A stretch of 64,000 nucleotides of DNA from a bacterium. GTDB taxonomy: Bacteria; Electryoneota; Electryoneia; Electryoneales; Electryoneaceae. Under the pieces are notes generated by a model. That model saw nothing but the letters and a program-made list of their open reading frames with translations. It did no database searches and was not told where the DNA came from. Below, in pieces: positions 20,049 to 29,979 of this stretch. Both the position numbers and the translations under genes were made by a program. How positions within the stretch are numbered: the first letter of the stretch is position 1; the number at the start of each line of letters is the position of its first letter. The DNA is taken from NCBI GenBank assembly GCA_963669175.1, contig OY769902.1:544001-608000 (forward strand), read 5' to 3'.

Positions 20049-21920
20049 ATGCCCGGTTTTATATTCAGGTTGAAATCGTTGGAGGTCGTATTCGCAGCCC
20101 TCATTTTCGGCTGCCTTGCCACCTTCAGCGAGCTCTACATGTATGGCGATGCCGGGGCAAACTTTATTGAATATCTCCCGGTCATCCAGCGTTTGAATGA
20201 CTCTTCCCTGTATCCCGTTGACTTCTACGTCAAAGAAGCGGTCGGGTTTTCCGTGCGCACTTATACCCTGCAAACCCTTGCATGGTTGTCTCAGGCATTG
20301 CCGTTGTACCTGGTCGTGTTAATTGCAGTCCTATTGGGAAACAGCCTGATCATGGGCGTGGTGTTCCTGATCGGGCGTGACCTGTTCCGTGATGACCGTT
20401 ATATCCTGACCGGGATGGCCTTTCTTGGGGCACTCAAGGGCATCAGCTTGGGCTGGGCTACATTTGCCATCTGGCACGAGTTCAACCAGGCAACCTATTC
20501 TGAAGTTTTCGCCCTTCTGGCACTCTGGCAAGGCTTGCGTAACCGTTCGCTTCCCGCCATCCTGTTTTCCATGGCAGCCGTAGCGATTCACCCAGTCATG
20601 GGTTTCTTGTCCGGAGGTGCGATTCTGTCCATGATGACCCTCAACCGCCTGTGGCTGGCCTGGGTACATCGTTCAGATGGCGCGTTGGTCAACTCCGCAG
20701 GAAGAGTGCTCGCGCCAGTTGGCGGGATGGCGTTGTTGATGGCGGTCTTATATGGCCTGTACATGGGCAGGTTTGCTTCTGAACCGACCAACGACCTTTT
20801 CTTCTATATCACCTTCTACTTGCGTGCTTCCCATCATTATGTGCCTTCGCATTTTATGATGCGAGATTGGGTGTTATTGCCCTTCTTCCTGCTGGGCTTT
20901 GGGCTGGCCTTTCTTGATTGGCGCAGACGTGAGGGCAATCATCACCCGATGCTGCTTCCCCTGTTTTTACTGATGCTGGTCGTGTTTGCGGGATTGGTGG
21001 TTGGGTATGCCGGAGTGGAGATTTTGCCGATCCAATCTATCGCTTCCGCCCAGTTGTATCGTCTGCTTTACCTGGTGAACCTGCTAGGGCTGATTTTCGC
21101 GGGACGTTCCGCTGCGGCCTGGCTGTTCACTGCCGAAAGCAAACCGCAACGCATCAGCGCCGGGTTGCTGTTCCTGGGCAATTACAATATTCAACCCATA
21201 GCCTACAGTTTTTCCCACCTTGGCGAGTATGCCGGACGGTGGCTTGGACGGAAATACGGGAAACCGGGTGAATGGGGACCACGGATCGCGGCGGGACTGG
21301 TTATCGTAGCGGGATGGGTGGTCATCTCGGTGCGTATCCGTGAAACGATCTTCCTGGCTATCCTTTTCGGCCTCGTCCTGCTGATCAATGCACTGGCCGC
21401 CAAATCCTGGCGAATGGTCGTGCCCACCCTGCTGGCTGCAATGATTTTTACAAGTCTTGTTGCCTTCCGTACATCGCTTCCCTTTGATCAACATATCGCC
21501 AACATTCGTATCGAGGATGGCGACTACCCGTTGGATGATGTCGCTCTGTGGGCACGTGAAAATACACCAGTTGACGCCTTGTTTATTACCCCCAGTAAAA
21601 GCGCCAGATTTCGCCTGGTGGCCCAACGCTCCATCGTGGTCGATTTTAAATGTTTCCCCTTCCAGGCTTCCGCCGCGCTGGACTGGTATCAACGCCTGGT
21701 GGACATCCACGGTGAACCGGACGGCCTCGGCTTTACCGCCATGAACAACTGGGATGAACGCTACCACGATATCACAGACGATAAGTTGCGTGAGCTTGGG
21801 TCTCAGTTCAATGCGGGATACGCGGTCCTCTTCAAGGATACCGATACGGCCTTGCCGGTGCTGGTAGAAGGGAATGAGTTTAAGATTGTACGGATTGAAG
21901 AGCCTTCGCAGGAACCGTGA
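20049..21920 (+). CDS. Polytopic membrane protein, possibly a GT-C-type transferase (DUF6798-like)
   Basis: Many TM segments; RASHHYVP; C-terminal WARENTPVDALFITP...FRL...RSIVVDFK; operonic with GT2. Confidence 0.65.
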   Translation: MPGFIFRLKSLEVVFAALIFGCLATFSELYMYGDAGANFIEYLPVIQRLNDSSLYPVDFYVKEAVGFSVRTYTLQTLAWLSQALPLYLVVLIAVLLGNSLIMGVVFLIGRDLFRDDRYILTGMAFLGALKGISLGWATFAIWHEFNQATYSEVFALLALWQGLRNRSLPAILFSMAAVAIHPVMGFLSGGAILSMMTLNRLWLAWVHRSDGALVNSAGRVLAPVGGMALLMAVLYGLYMGRFASEPTNDLFFYITFYLRASHHYVPSHFMMRDWVLLPFFLLGFGLAFLDWRRREGNHHPMLLPLFLLMLVVFAGLVVGYAGVEILPIQSIASAQLYRLLYLVNLLGLIFAGRSAAAWLFTAESKPQRISAGLLFLGNYNIQPIAYSFSHLGEYAGRWLGRKYGKPGEWGPRIAAGLVIVAGWVVISVRIRETIFLAILFGLVLLINALAAKSWRMVVPTLLAAMIFTSLVAFRTSLPFDQHIANIRIEDGDYPLDDVALWARENTPVDALFITPSKSARFRLVAQRSIVVDFKCFPFQASAALDWYQRLVDIHGEPDGLGFTAMNNWDERYHDITDDKLRELGSQFNAGYAVLFKDTDTALPVLVEGNEFKIVRIEEPSQEP

Positions 21921-22112
21921 TTCGGTTGTTACAAAGTTATCACGTTTGAAAGTTGAAAAGTATTCTGGGTCTCGACAGAAATGTCCCGTTCTGTCATCCC
22001 TAAGGCAGAGCCTGTCCCCGAAAAATTGAAACCCTACAGTGATCCCTGCCTGAACGGGGAGTCGGGCCACTCGCCCATCCACTTCTGTCTTCCACTTAAA
22101 AGCGATTTCCAC

Positions 22113-22731
22113 CCACCCCGATGGGGTGGAACACGAATAGCGCGGGGTGTAAACCCTGTCTCTTACCCACATCTTCTGAAAGCTGTATCAGTAAAAGAGT
22201 TGTGGACATAGCATTTTTAGAATCCCGGCGGGATTCCCTATTTTAGCATAGTGTACAGGCCGTCTGTTTGGCCTGTACACTATGTCAGGTATTCTAACGA
22301 ATAATCAACCCTGGAAGGGTTGCATAATACGCGATTCATATTAGTACGTTCAATAAATACAGGAAATAACGCATTTTATATTCTATACAAACCAATTGGG
22401 TGTAAATTATACGTTATGCAACCCTTCCAGGGTTGAGATAAGGTTTGATCTTTTTCGTAGGGTAGACGCTAAACAGACAGCGTCAACCCTACGCTAAAAT
22501 ATACCACCCCCTCTGGGGTGGCAGAAACACGAAGATGTGAGCAAGAGACAGGGTGTAAACCCCGGGAGAACAGTCACCGTCCCCCTCCCACGATCCCGAA
22601 GGGATCGCACAACATTTTGGGAATAGGTGGTTTATTCATGTGAGTCCCCTTCGGGGACAGGTCATGGGTGAAACATCCTATTCCCCGGCACTTACGTACC
22701 GCGCTATTCAAGTGGTTCACCTTCGGTGAAC
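22113..22731. repeat. Outer REP-like doublet interrupted by a MITE
   Basis: GAATAGCGCGG...CCGCGCTATTC inverted arms with hairpins CCCCGATGGGG, TCCCGAAGGGA, GTCCCCTTCGGGGAC, TTCACCTTCGGTGAA. Confidence 0.75.
22156..22551. mobile_element. 396-bp non-autonomous element with IS50/Tn5-like 19-bp ends
   Basis: Ends CTGTCTCTTACCCACATCT and (revcomp) CTGTCTCTTGCTCACATCT; perfect 10-bp direct repeat GGTGTAAACC at 22146-22155 and 22552-22561. Confidence 0.9.
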
Positions 22732-22877
22732 TGGATTTGTCCGTAGTTCTGGATTACAATCCGATACAGCTTGTGCGATGAGAGAACAAAGTGCGGTTGG
22801 GTGGATCAAAATAGTGGACGAATCACATGAATCGATGGATACTGATCTGCGCATCATCGTTCAGGACAAAGCGCATC

Positions 22878-22942
22878 CCTAATTCCTAATTCCTAATTGG
22901 CAACCTGTCAATTCCTAATTCCTCATTCTTAATTTCTAATTG
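22878..22942. repeat. 7-nt periodic tract (AATTCCT)n
   Basis: CTAATTCCTAATTCCTAATT...AATTCCTAATTCCTCATTCTTAATTTCTAATT; similar tract at ~37289-37318. Confidence 0.85.
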
Positions 22943-22946
22943 ACAC

Positions 22947-24068
22947 TCACCGCGGTTGTTTCATCTGTTCATCATACAGGTGCAGCGCGGCGGTGGCGAC
23001 TTCCATGGGATCGATGGCGTTCAGGTCTCCGATAGCGGATTGGGAACCGCCACGGAAAACAATCGCCGGTTCATCGGATACCGGCCACCAGCGCCAGGGA
23101 ACAGTCGGGCCCATAGTGGAAACAGTCGGTACGCCCAAGGCAGCGGCGAGATGTAACGGTCCCGTATTGTTGCAGACCACGACACTCGACGCGGCGAGCA
23201 TATCCATAAACGTAGTCATGGGAGGCGCGATCACCAACGGCGCGGCTTCCAGCTCGATCAGACGTTCGCCCATGTCACGTTCGCCCGGACCGACAATCAC
23301 TGCCACATCCACACCTTTGCGTTGCAGGACACGCATGACCATCGCGAAGGACTGCAACGCCCACCGCTGGGACGGGAAATGAGCGCCCGGCATGATGACC
23401 ACCGGGTCTTGCAGGTGTAGCTCGGACCATTTCTCGTGCCCTCGGGCCAACCGGTCTTCTCCGCTGGGCAGACGTGGAATCGCATCTTCCGACATGGCCC
23501 CGATAGAAGCCGTGAGTTTCAAGTAAACTTCACGAGTCGGTAACGTGATCGGAGGAGGAGCTACCGCATGCGTATAATAGACGCCACGTCCCCCGCGATC
23601 CATGCCGACCCGGTTGGGGATACGTGATTTTTTCAACATCCGGGCGATCTTCAATTCCACCCGTCCGGTCAGGTCCACCACCAGGTCAAAGCCGCCATAC
23701 TTCTGCTGTAATCCCACCAGCGCCTCAGGGGGCGCAACATCTCCCCACCCGGCCCCGGCGAAAAGGTCTTTGGCGAAGGGTGGCGCTACCAGGGTACGTT
23801 TTGCCTGGGGGAATTGACGTCGCAGCGCGCTCAACGCCGGTTCGGCCAAAATCAGATCACCCAGCCTTTCCAACTGTATCACCAGCAGGGACGAAACGTG
23901 GTCCCGCGACAGGATCGGTCCCGGCCCCGGTTTGCCGTGAATGGTACGCAGCCATTTTTTACGGAGGCCGTACGCGAATCGTCCACGCCAGTGGGTTGAA
24001 TCAAGGGTGCGTGTATCTTCCGGCGGGGGCGGCATGCTGTCGCCGAAATCCTTCCAGCGGTCACTCAT
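22947..24068 (-). CDS. Glycosyltransferase family 9 (ADP-heptose:LPS heptosyltransferase-like)
   Basis: RLGDLIL, PGA....RW, NNTGPLHLAAALGVPTV..GPT. Confidence 0.92.
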   Translation of the reverse strand: MSDRWKDFGDSMPPPPEDTRTLDSTHWRGRFAYGLRKKWLRTIHGKPGPGPILSRDHVSSLLVIQLERLGDLILAEPALSALRRQFPQAKRTLVAPPFAKDLFAGAGWGDVAPPEALVGLQQKYGGFDLVVDLTGRVELKIARMLKKSRIPNRVGMDRGGRGVYYTHAVAPPPITLPTREVYLKLTASIGAMSEDAIPRLPSGEDRLARGHEKWSELHLQDPVVIMPGAHFPSQRWALQSFAMVMRVLQRKGVDVAVIVGPGERDMGERLIELEAAPLVIAPPMTTFMDMLAASSVVVCNNTGPLHLAAALGVPTVSTMGPTVPWRWWPVSDEPAIVFRGGSQSAIGDLNAIDPMEVATAALHLYDEQMKQPR

Positions 24069-25192
24069 CGGCGTTCCTGCAACAGCTTGTCATACATGGC
24101 CATAATCTGCGTCGCCTGGTTCTCGAGGGTAAAATGATTTAACACATATTTCAGCGCTGCATTGCCCATACGTTCCCGTCGGTCGCTGTCGTTCGCCATT
24201 TCAGAAAGTGCGACCACCCAGGCTTTCCTGTCTTCCAGGGGCACCAGCACCCCGGTATGTTCACGGTAGACCGCTTCATTCACACCGGGAATATCGGACG
24301 CTACAGCAGGCAATCCGCAGGCCGCGCCTTCGATCAGCACACGTCCGAAGCCTTCTTCGGTCGAGGGCAGCACTACAAAATCCAGTCCGGGCAAAAGTTT
24401 TTCCGGGTCATCTACAAACCCGATCATCTTCACCCAGCGCGACAGGCCTTCATCTTCGATACGTCTTGCCAGACGCTCACGTTCCTCAACAGGCTGATCA
24501 CCAGCAAGCACGAGGCAGATATCCGGCGCACGTTCCAATACATCTTTCCACAGGTCCAGCAGGAAATCATGACGCTTCAACGGTACAAAGCCAGCCAGGA
24601 AACCGACCAGCACCTTCTTTCGTGGCAGGTCGAACGTCTTGCGAATTTCCAACTTCTCCGCTTTGGTGGCAGCAGGTTTGAACAGCTTGGTATCAACAGC
24701 ATTGTAAATGATGCGCAGCTTGGGCAGGGCGACAGGGAGATGAGTGAAGCGTCCGGACACAGCTTGTGTCACCGCGATCAGACGGTCCGCTTCCTGGGCC
24801 AGCAATTTGTCGGAGAAACCATCGGGCGTGTTTACCCGCAGGTGCATGACCAGTTTGGCCTGACCACGAACCCATGCGGCAAGGTGACAGTTCCGTGGCG
24901 CATCGGCATGAATCACGGCGGGACGGACATCCCGGATAATCTGACGCAACGCCAGCGCTCCGCGAAACAGACGCAACGGGTGACGTGGGCTGAACGGCGG
25001 CCAGTCAAGGGAATAAACGGCGACTTCACGATGGAACAGTTCTCGCGATAACGGGCCCGGTTCCGGTACGACCACATGCGGGCTAAACCGGTCCCGGTCG
25101 AGATGCTGAATCAAGTGCAGCAAACTGCGCTGCCCCCCTCGACTCAGGTCGGGCTTGGTGCTGAGGTACAGGATGGGGACCGGTCTGTTCAT
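24065..25192 (-). CDS. Glycosyltransferase family 4
   Basis: GGQRS, IYNAVD, EGFGRVLIEGAACGLP; stop overlaps the GT9 start. Confidence 0.9.
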   Translation of the reverse strand: MNRPVPILYLSTKPDLSRGGQRSLLHLIQHLDRDRFSPHVVVPEPGPLSRELFHREVAVYSLDWPPFSPRHPLRLFRGALALRQIIRDVRPAVIHADAPRNCHLAAWVRGQAKLVMHLRVNTPDGFSDKLLAQEADRLIAVTQAVSGRFTHLPVALPKLRIIYNAVDTKLFKPAATKAEKLEIRKTFDLPRKKVLVGFLAGFVPLKRHDFLLDLWKDVLERAPDICLVLAGDQPVEERERLARRIEDEGLSRWVKMIGFVDDPEKLLPGLDFVVLPSTEEGFGRVLIEGAACGLPAVASDIPGVNEAVYREHTGVLVPLEDRKAWVVALSEMANDSDRRERMGNAALKYVLNHFTLENQATQIMAMYDKLLQERR

Positions 25193-25600
25193 GCGGATAA
25201 GATACGAAACAAGGGGCCGCCTTTCCGATAGGACGAGACTCTTTTTACCGCTCACTTCGCTCGCAGATTCCCACATGGATTCACAAGGATGAACAGGATA
25301 TGAAGGATGGAAAGGATAAAAATTTTCAGGGGTGATTATGTCGACTATTATACAACAGTCCAACCGAAACCCGACAGCAAGCAGTCGGGCCACGCGTCAA
25401 ATGGATACTCACATTGAATTATAGGATCCCCGGTCAATACACCTCAGCATACAAGGCCGGGGATGACATGGGAACTGGGGTGAGGATGACATGGGATATG
25501 GCGCTAACGATGATAGAATGGGACATTACACTATATCACTGCTTATATCACTACCAACTTTCTTTTTTTCACTTTTTTCACTGTCAACTTTTTTCACTTA

Positions 25601-25641
25601 ACAAACAAAAACCCCTGATGCCATATTTCAGGACCAGGGGC
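25601..25641 (-). terminator. Intrinsic terminator of secDF
   Basis: Minus strand CCCCTGG...TCAGGGG followed by TTTTTGTTTG. Confidence 0.6.
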
Positions 25642-25665
25642 TGAAAGTTCTATCAATCAGGGCGT

Positions 25666-26577
25666 TTACTTCTTGGCGCGTTTTTCCGGTTTCCAGTCAT
25701 TCCATTCGATCAGGATCGGGCTTGCGACGAAGATCGAGGAATAGGTACCGACGACCACACCGGCCAGCAGTGCGAACGCGAAGTCATGGATAACCATACC
25801 GCCGAAGATGTAGAGGACCAGCACTACGATCAAGGTCGTGCCTGAAGTCAGGATGGTACGGCTCAGGGTTTCGTTGATCGAGATGTTGATCTGGTCAAAG
25901 AGCGGCTTGGCGCGCAGCTTCTTGACATTTTCACGGATACGGTCGAACACCACGATGGTATCGTTCAGACTGTAACCGACGATCGTCAGGAAGGCGGCAA
26001 TGATCGACAGGCTGATTTCCAACCGTAGCAGGTTGAACAGGCCGAGTACGATCAAGACGTCATGCGCCAGGGCGATAATCGCAGCGATAGCGAAGCGGAA
26101 TTTAAACCGCCAGCTAAGATAGACCACGATGAACAGCAGCGCCCAGATAATCGCCATGAAAGCGGCTGTACGCAGTTCGTGACCGATTTTCGGACCGACC
26201 TGCTCAACGCTTAACTCTTCCGTGATGGGGTTTTCCGGGAACTTGGCGTTCAACTTGTCGCGTAATTCTTCCACGACCAGTTCGCCCTCTGCGGTCTGCT
26301 TGATGCGGACCAGCAGGTCTTCATAGCGTCCCTGCACCACTTTTTTCACTTCCGCATCGGGATAACCGATGTCGGCCAATGCTTCACGCATGTCGCCAAC
26401 AGGAAGCGGATTGTCGAAGCGGTAAATAATCTGCACGCCGCCTTCGAAATCAATGGAATAATTGGGGCCGATGAACAGGCTGACGATGCCCCACAGTACC
26501 AGTACGCCACTGATCACAAACATGATCCGGCGTTTGCCCTGGAAGTCGTAGTTCGTGTTGTTAAAGATCTGCAGCAT
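25666..26577 (-). CDS. secF: Protein translocase subunit SecF
   Basis: IDFEGG, VGPKIG.EL, HDV, GYSLNDTIVVFDRIRE, GTYSSIF. Confidence 0.97.
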   Translation of the reverse strand: MLQIFNNTNYDFQGKRRIMFVISGVLVLWGIVSLFIGPNYSIDFEGGVQIIYRFDNPLPVGDMREALADIGYPDAEVKKVVQGRYEDLLVRIKQTAEGELVVEELRDKLNAKFPENPITEELSVEQVGPKIGHELRTAAFMAIIWALLFIVVYLSWRFKFRFAIAAIIALAHDVLIVLGLFNLLRLEISLSIIAAFLTIVGYSLNDTIVVFDRIRENVKKLRAKPLFDQINISINETLSRTILTSGTTLIVVLVLYIFGGMVIHDFAFALLAGVVVGTYSSIFVASPILIEWNDWKPEKRAKK

Positions 26578-26580
26578 GGC

Positions 26581-28701
26581 TCAGATACTCAAGTTCTTGA
26601 CCGTACGAGTGGTCGTGTACCAGTCGAATATCGCCCGTGTTACCACCAGTGCGGTGAACATGGAAGCGACAATCCCTATCATCAATGTCAGCGCGAATCC
26701 CTTGATCGGGCCGGTACCAAACTGGTACAGCACCACTGCCGCAATCAGGGTCGTCACGTTGGCGTCCATAATCGTAACAAACGCCCGGCCGTAGCCCATC
26801 TGAATCGAATTCCACACCGTCTTGCCGGAACGCAGTTCTTCACGAATACGCTCGAAAATCAGCACGTTCGCGTCAACCGCCATACCGACTGTCAGGATGA
26901 TACCCGCAATACCCGGCAACGTCAGCGTAAAGCTGAAGCCGGCAAGCACTGCCATCATGAACAGCAGGTTCAGCAGCAGTGCGATGTCGGCTACGAGTCC
27001 GCTGAAACGGTAGTAGATCGCCATGAAGACGATTACCAACGCCAATCCGATCAGTGCGCTGTACGCGCCCTTCTTGATCGAGTCAGCGCCCAGGCTCGGC
27101 CCGACGGTTCGTTCTTCGTCAATCTGTACCGGAGCGGGCAACGAACCGGAATTCAGCACAATCATCAGGTCTTCAGCTTCTTCCATGCTTTCCATACCTT
27201 CGATGATCGCCTGACCGTTCGGAATCCGTGTGTTGATACGCGGGGCCATGTGGACTTTGTCATCCAGCACGATGGACAGGTGCTCGCCTACGTTCGCCTC
27301 GGTGATCCGTGCGAACTCACGTGCGCCTTCACGTTTCATGCTGAGGTTGACAATCGCCTCACCGGCGCGCCCGGGATCGTTGGAGCCGGAATTGTAGTTG
27401 ACCGAAGCCTCTTCCAACGCGTCACCGGTAAGGGAGGCTCGGGAAGCAACCAGGTACAGCCAGTGGAAGGTCTGACCTTCACGCTCGACTGCCTTGTTGC
27501 CCCACAGGAATTCCCATTCGGAAGGAATCGCGTTCTGGACTTCTTCACGGCTCAGGAAACGCTTCACCATGTTCACGTTGCGCTCGGATACGATGATCTG
27601 ACGATCAACGCTGGTCAGCAACGAGGTGAAGGGGTGTTCCTTGTCTAACGTGATCGCTGTATCAGCAGCAGCTTCTTCGTCTTCCGCTGCGAACATGTCG
27701 TCGATCAGGTCGGCGTTGCCAGTGTCCGCAGTAGCATCCTGCATGGTTTCCGGCGCGCCGAAAATTTCATCTTCAACGGCAGACAACTGCGCATCTTCCG
27801 GTGTGGCTTCCGCGTCGGCTGTTTCCGGTGCGTCCATGACAGCTTCATCGCCAAACGCTTCCACATCTTCCGAATTCGCCAGCAGCTTGTCCAGGTCTTC
27901 CAGCACCTTTACGGTGACTTCAACCGGGGCAACCAGCTTGAACTCGAGCAGCGCGGTACGGCCGATCAGGGAATGTGCACGGGCGGGATCCTGAATACCC
28001 GGCAGCTCCATGAGGATACGACGTTCGCCCTGGATCGTGATGGAAGGTTCGCTGACACCGAACTGGTCAACACGGTTGGCCAGGATAGTACGTGCGCGAA
28101 CAACCGCCTTCTCCGCCTCGTCCATCAACTGACTGAAGATGAACTCGTCAGACTGGTTGGGATCGCCGAAGTACTTGGCAAGGGGGACACCCTTCGCTTC
28201 GAACGTGCCCATGACCACCGTCTTGAAGTCAGCAGTAGGATCTTCGAGCTGTTCCTTGATAGTAGCGGTCAGTTCCTTGTATTCCTTGCTCTGGTTGTCA
28301 CGCGCCAGATGATCCATCAGCTCGACAACATCTACTTCAAGAACGAGGTACATCCCGCCCTGGAGGTCCAGACCCAGCTTGATCGCCCCGTTCTGAGCAT
28401 CAGCGAATCCCTTGTAGAAATCGCCACGCATGGACTGGACTTCCGAAGCCAGCTCGTTACGGACCTGCGGATCGACTTCCTCACGGTGACGTATGTCAGA
28501 CGCGAGGTCATAATCCATCTGGAATATCTTATCCTTCAGGAGGGTCGAGGAAATACCGCTCTTGTCACTCATTGCCGTAATTCGCTCGTTCAGCTCTTTG
28601 TTGAGCACGAGCGTTTGCGCGGTTGGGATCAAATAATAGACCGCCAGAACCACTAGCGCGAGGATGATCAGCGCCCGGAATAGTTGGTTTCTTCGTTGCA
28701 T
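26581..28701 (-). CDS. secD: Protein translocase subunit SecD
   Basis: LGLDLQGG, RVDQFGVSEP, VGPSLG, GMAVDANVLIFERIREE. Confidence 0.97.
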   Translation of the reverse strand: MQRRNQLFRALIILALVVLAVYYLIPTAQTLVLNKELNERITAMSDKSGISSTLLKDKIFQMDYDLASDIRHREEVDPQVRNELASEVQSMRGDFYKGFADAQNGAIKLGLDLQGGMYLVLEVDVVELMDHLARDNQSKEYKELTATIKEQLEDPTADFKTVVMGTFEAKGVPLAKYFGDPNQSDEFIFSQLMDEAEKAVVRARTILANRVDQFGVSEPSITIQGERRILMELPGIQDPARAHSLIGRTALLEFKLVAPVEVTVKVLEDLDKLLANSEDVEAFGDEAVMDAPETADAEATPEDAQLSAVEDEIFGAPETMQDATADTGNADLIDDMFAAEDEEAAADTAITLDKEHPFTSLLTSVDRQIIVSERNVNMVKRFLSREEVQNAIPSEWEFLWGNKAVEREGQTFHWLYLVASRASLTGDALEEASVNYNSGSNDPGRAGEAIVNLSMKREGAREFARITEANVGEHLSIVLDDKVHMAPRINTRIPNGQAIIEGMESMEEAEDLMIVLNSGSLPAPVQIDEERTVGPSLGADSIKKGAYSALIGLALVIVFMAIYYRFSGLVADIALLLNLLFMMAVLAGFSFTLTLPGIAGIILTVGMAVDANVLIFERIREELRSGKTVWNSIQMGYGRAFVTIMDANVTTLIAAVVLYQFGTGPIKGFALTLMIGIVASMFTALVVTRAIFDWYTTTRTVKNLSI

Positions 28702-29191
28702 CGCTGCAGCGCCTTGCTTCAGTTCTCGCCGCTCCAGGAGCGACCGCCATTTATCTTACCAGCTAACCTTACGTAAAACAAAAACCTGTCCGAGCAATAT
28801 CCGGGACAGGCCCTGTTATTACGGAACTTCGAAATATAGGGGCGGAACCTATTGGAGTCAATAAAAATAACCCAATGGCTCTGCTTGAGCGCCGTTTATG
28901 AATAATCTGCTTGGCTACATGGCTACTCTACGTGAGCGCAACGGTATCCTACCTACACTTGTCTTGAGTGCAGTTGCATCCCCGGCTACCATTTTTCACG
29001 GACAGCTTTTTACATTATGGAAGAACAATAACTTTGGAACTTTCCAACTTTTCAACTTTCAAACTTATTTACAGGATGAACAGGATGGGAAAGGATAATC
29101 AGGATAATAATACGGATAGTAAAAACTATTGTGCTGTCTGATGTGTTGTTTCTTTTTTCACTTTTTTCATTGCCTACTTTTTTCACTTTTT

Positions 29192-29292
29192 CATGTCCTC
29201 CCCAACCTACATGTCATCCCCAACCTACATGTCATCCCCGGCCTACATGTCATCCCCGGCCTACATGTCATCCCCGGCTTGAACGGGGATCT
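29192..29292 (+). repeat. 18-bp tandem repeat (about 5 units) ending in a REP hairpin
   Basis: CATGTCATCCCC(AA/GG)CCTA repeated, then CATGTCATCCCCGGCTTGAACGGGGATC. Confidence 0.92.
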
Positions 29293-29333
29293 CGAGGTTC
29301 AACGCACCAATCTTCCCCGCTTCGCCATCCGCT

Positions 29334-29480
29334 CCCGACTTGCTCAGCGAATGCAGCGCAGTGGAAAGTGTGCCATACAGCACCGTTACTGCAAGAGCGT
29401 TCACCTGCACACCCGGCAAATCGGGCCATGCGTTTTCTGTTGCTTTTTTCACCTTTTTCACTGCCTACTTTTTTCACTTC
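29334..29480. repeat. 92-bp hairpin element (copy 4) plus TTTTTCAC tract
   Basis: CCCGACTTGC-72 nt-GCAAATCGGG-CCATGCGTTTT; diverged direct repeat of 29830-29979. Confidence 0.9.
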
Positions 29481-29829
29481 TTCAAATCATTCCCGGCCAG
29501 GCATGGCCGGGCTGCCTTTCTTTACCTTTTTTACTTTTTCTACCTTCTTTACTTCTTCCTTCTAAGTCTTTTTTTTCGAGGGATGCGAACAATTTGCATT
29601 CAACAGATTGAATGACTAATTTGAAAAGCCGAGCATATGGAGAGACTATGAAACAAATGAACCGCAGGTATTTTTGTAAGCAGTATGTCGTTCAAGCGCT
29701 TAGGAACACCCACACACAGTTCAGATGGCATTGCTTTCCCCGCCTTTTCTATCTGATGCCAGCCCTCGTGTTGTCAGTTTGTACCCAACTCCGGGAGGCT
29801 CTCGTGAGTATGCTGGAAAGTTCAAGATT

Positions 29830-29979
29830 CCCGACTTGCTCATCAAATGCAGCGCAGATAGAAGTGCAGGGAACATCGCTGCTATCGCGAGAGCGTCCAC
29901 CTTCACAACCGGCAAATCGGGCCATGCGTTTTTCTGTTTCTTTTTTCACCTTTTTCACTTTGCTTACTTTTTTCACTTC
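29830..29979. repeat. 92-bp hairpin element (copy 5) plus TTTTTCAC tract overlapping a CDS start
   Basis: Same termini; 50 of 72 loop positions identical to copy 4 with no gaps. Confidence 0.9.

Noticed and set aside
22156-22551. Nextera/Tn5 adapter contamination
   Set aside because: Both ends differ from the mosaic end at 2-3 central positions, face inward and are flanked by a 10-bp duplication; no adapter tail follows
29192-29292. CRISPR array
   Set aside because: Head-to-tail 18-bp units without spacers; no cas operon; the Cas4-like gene is 33 kb away in a mobile element
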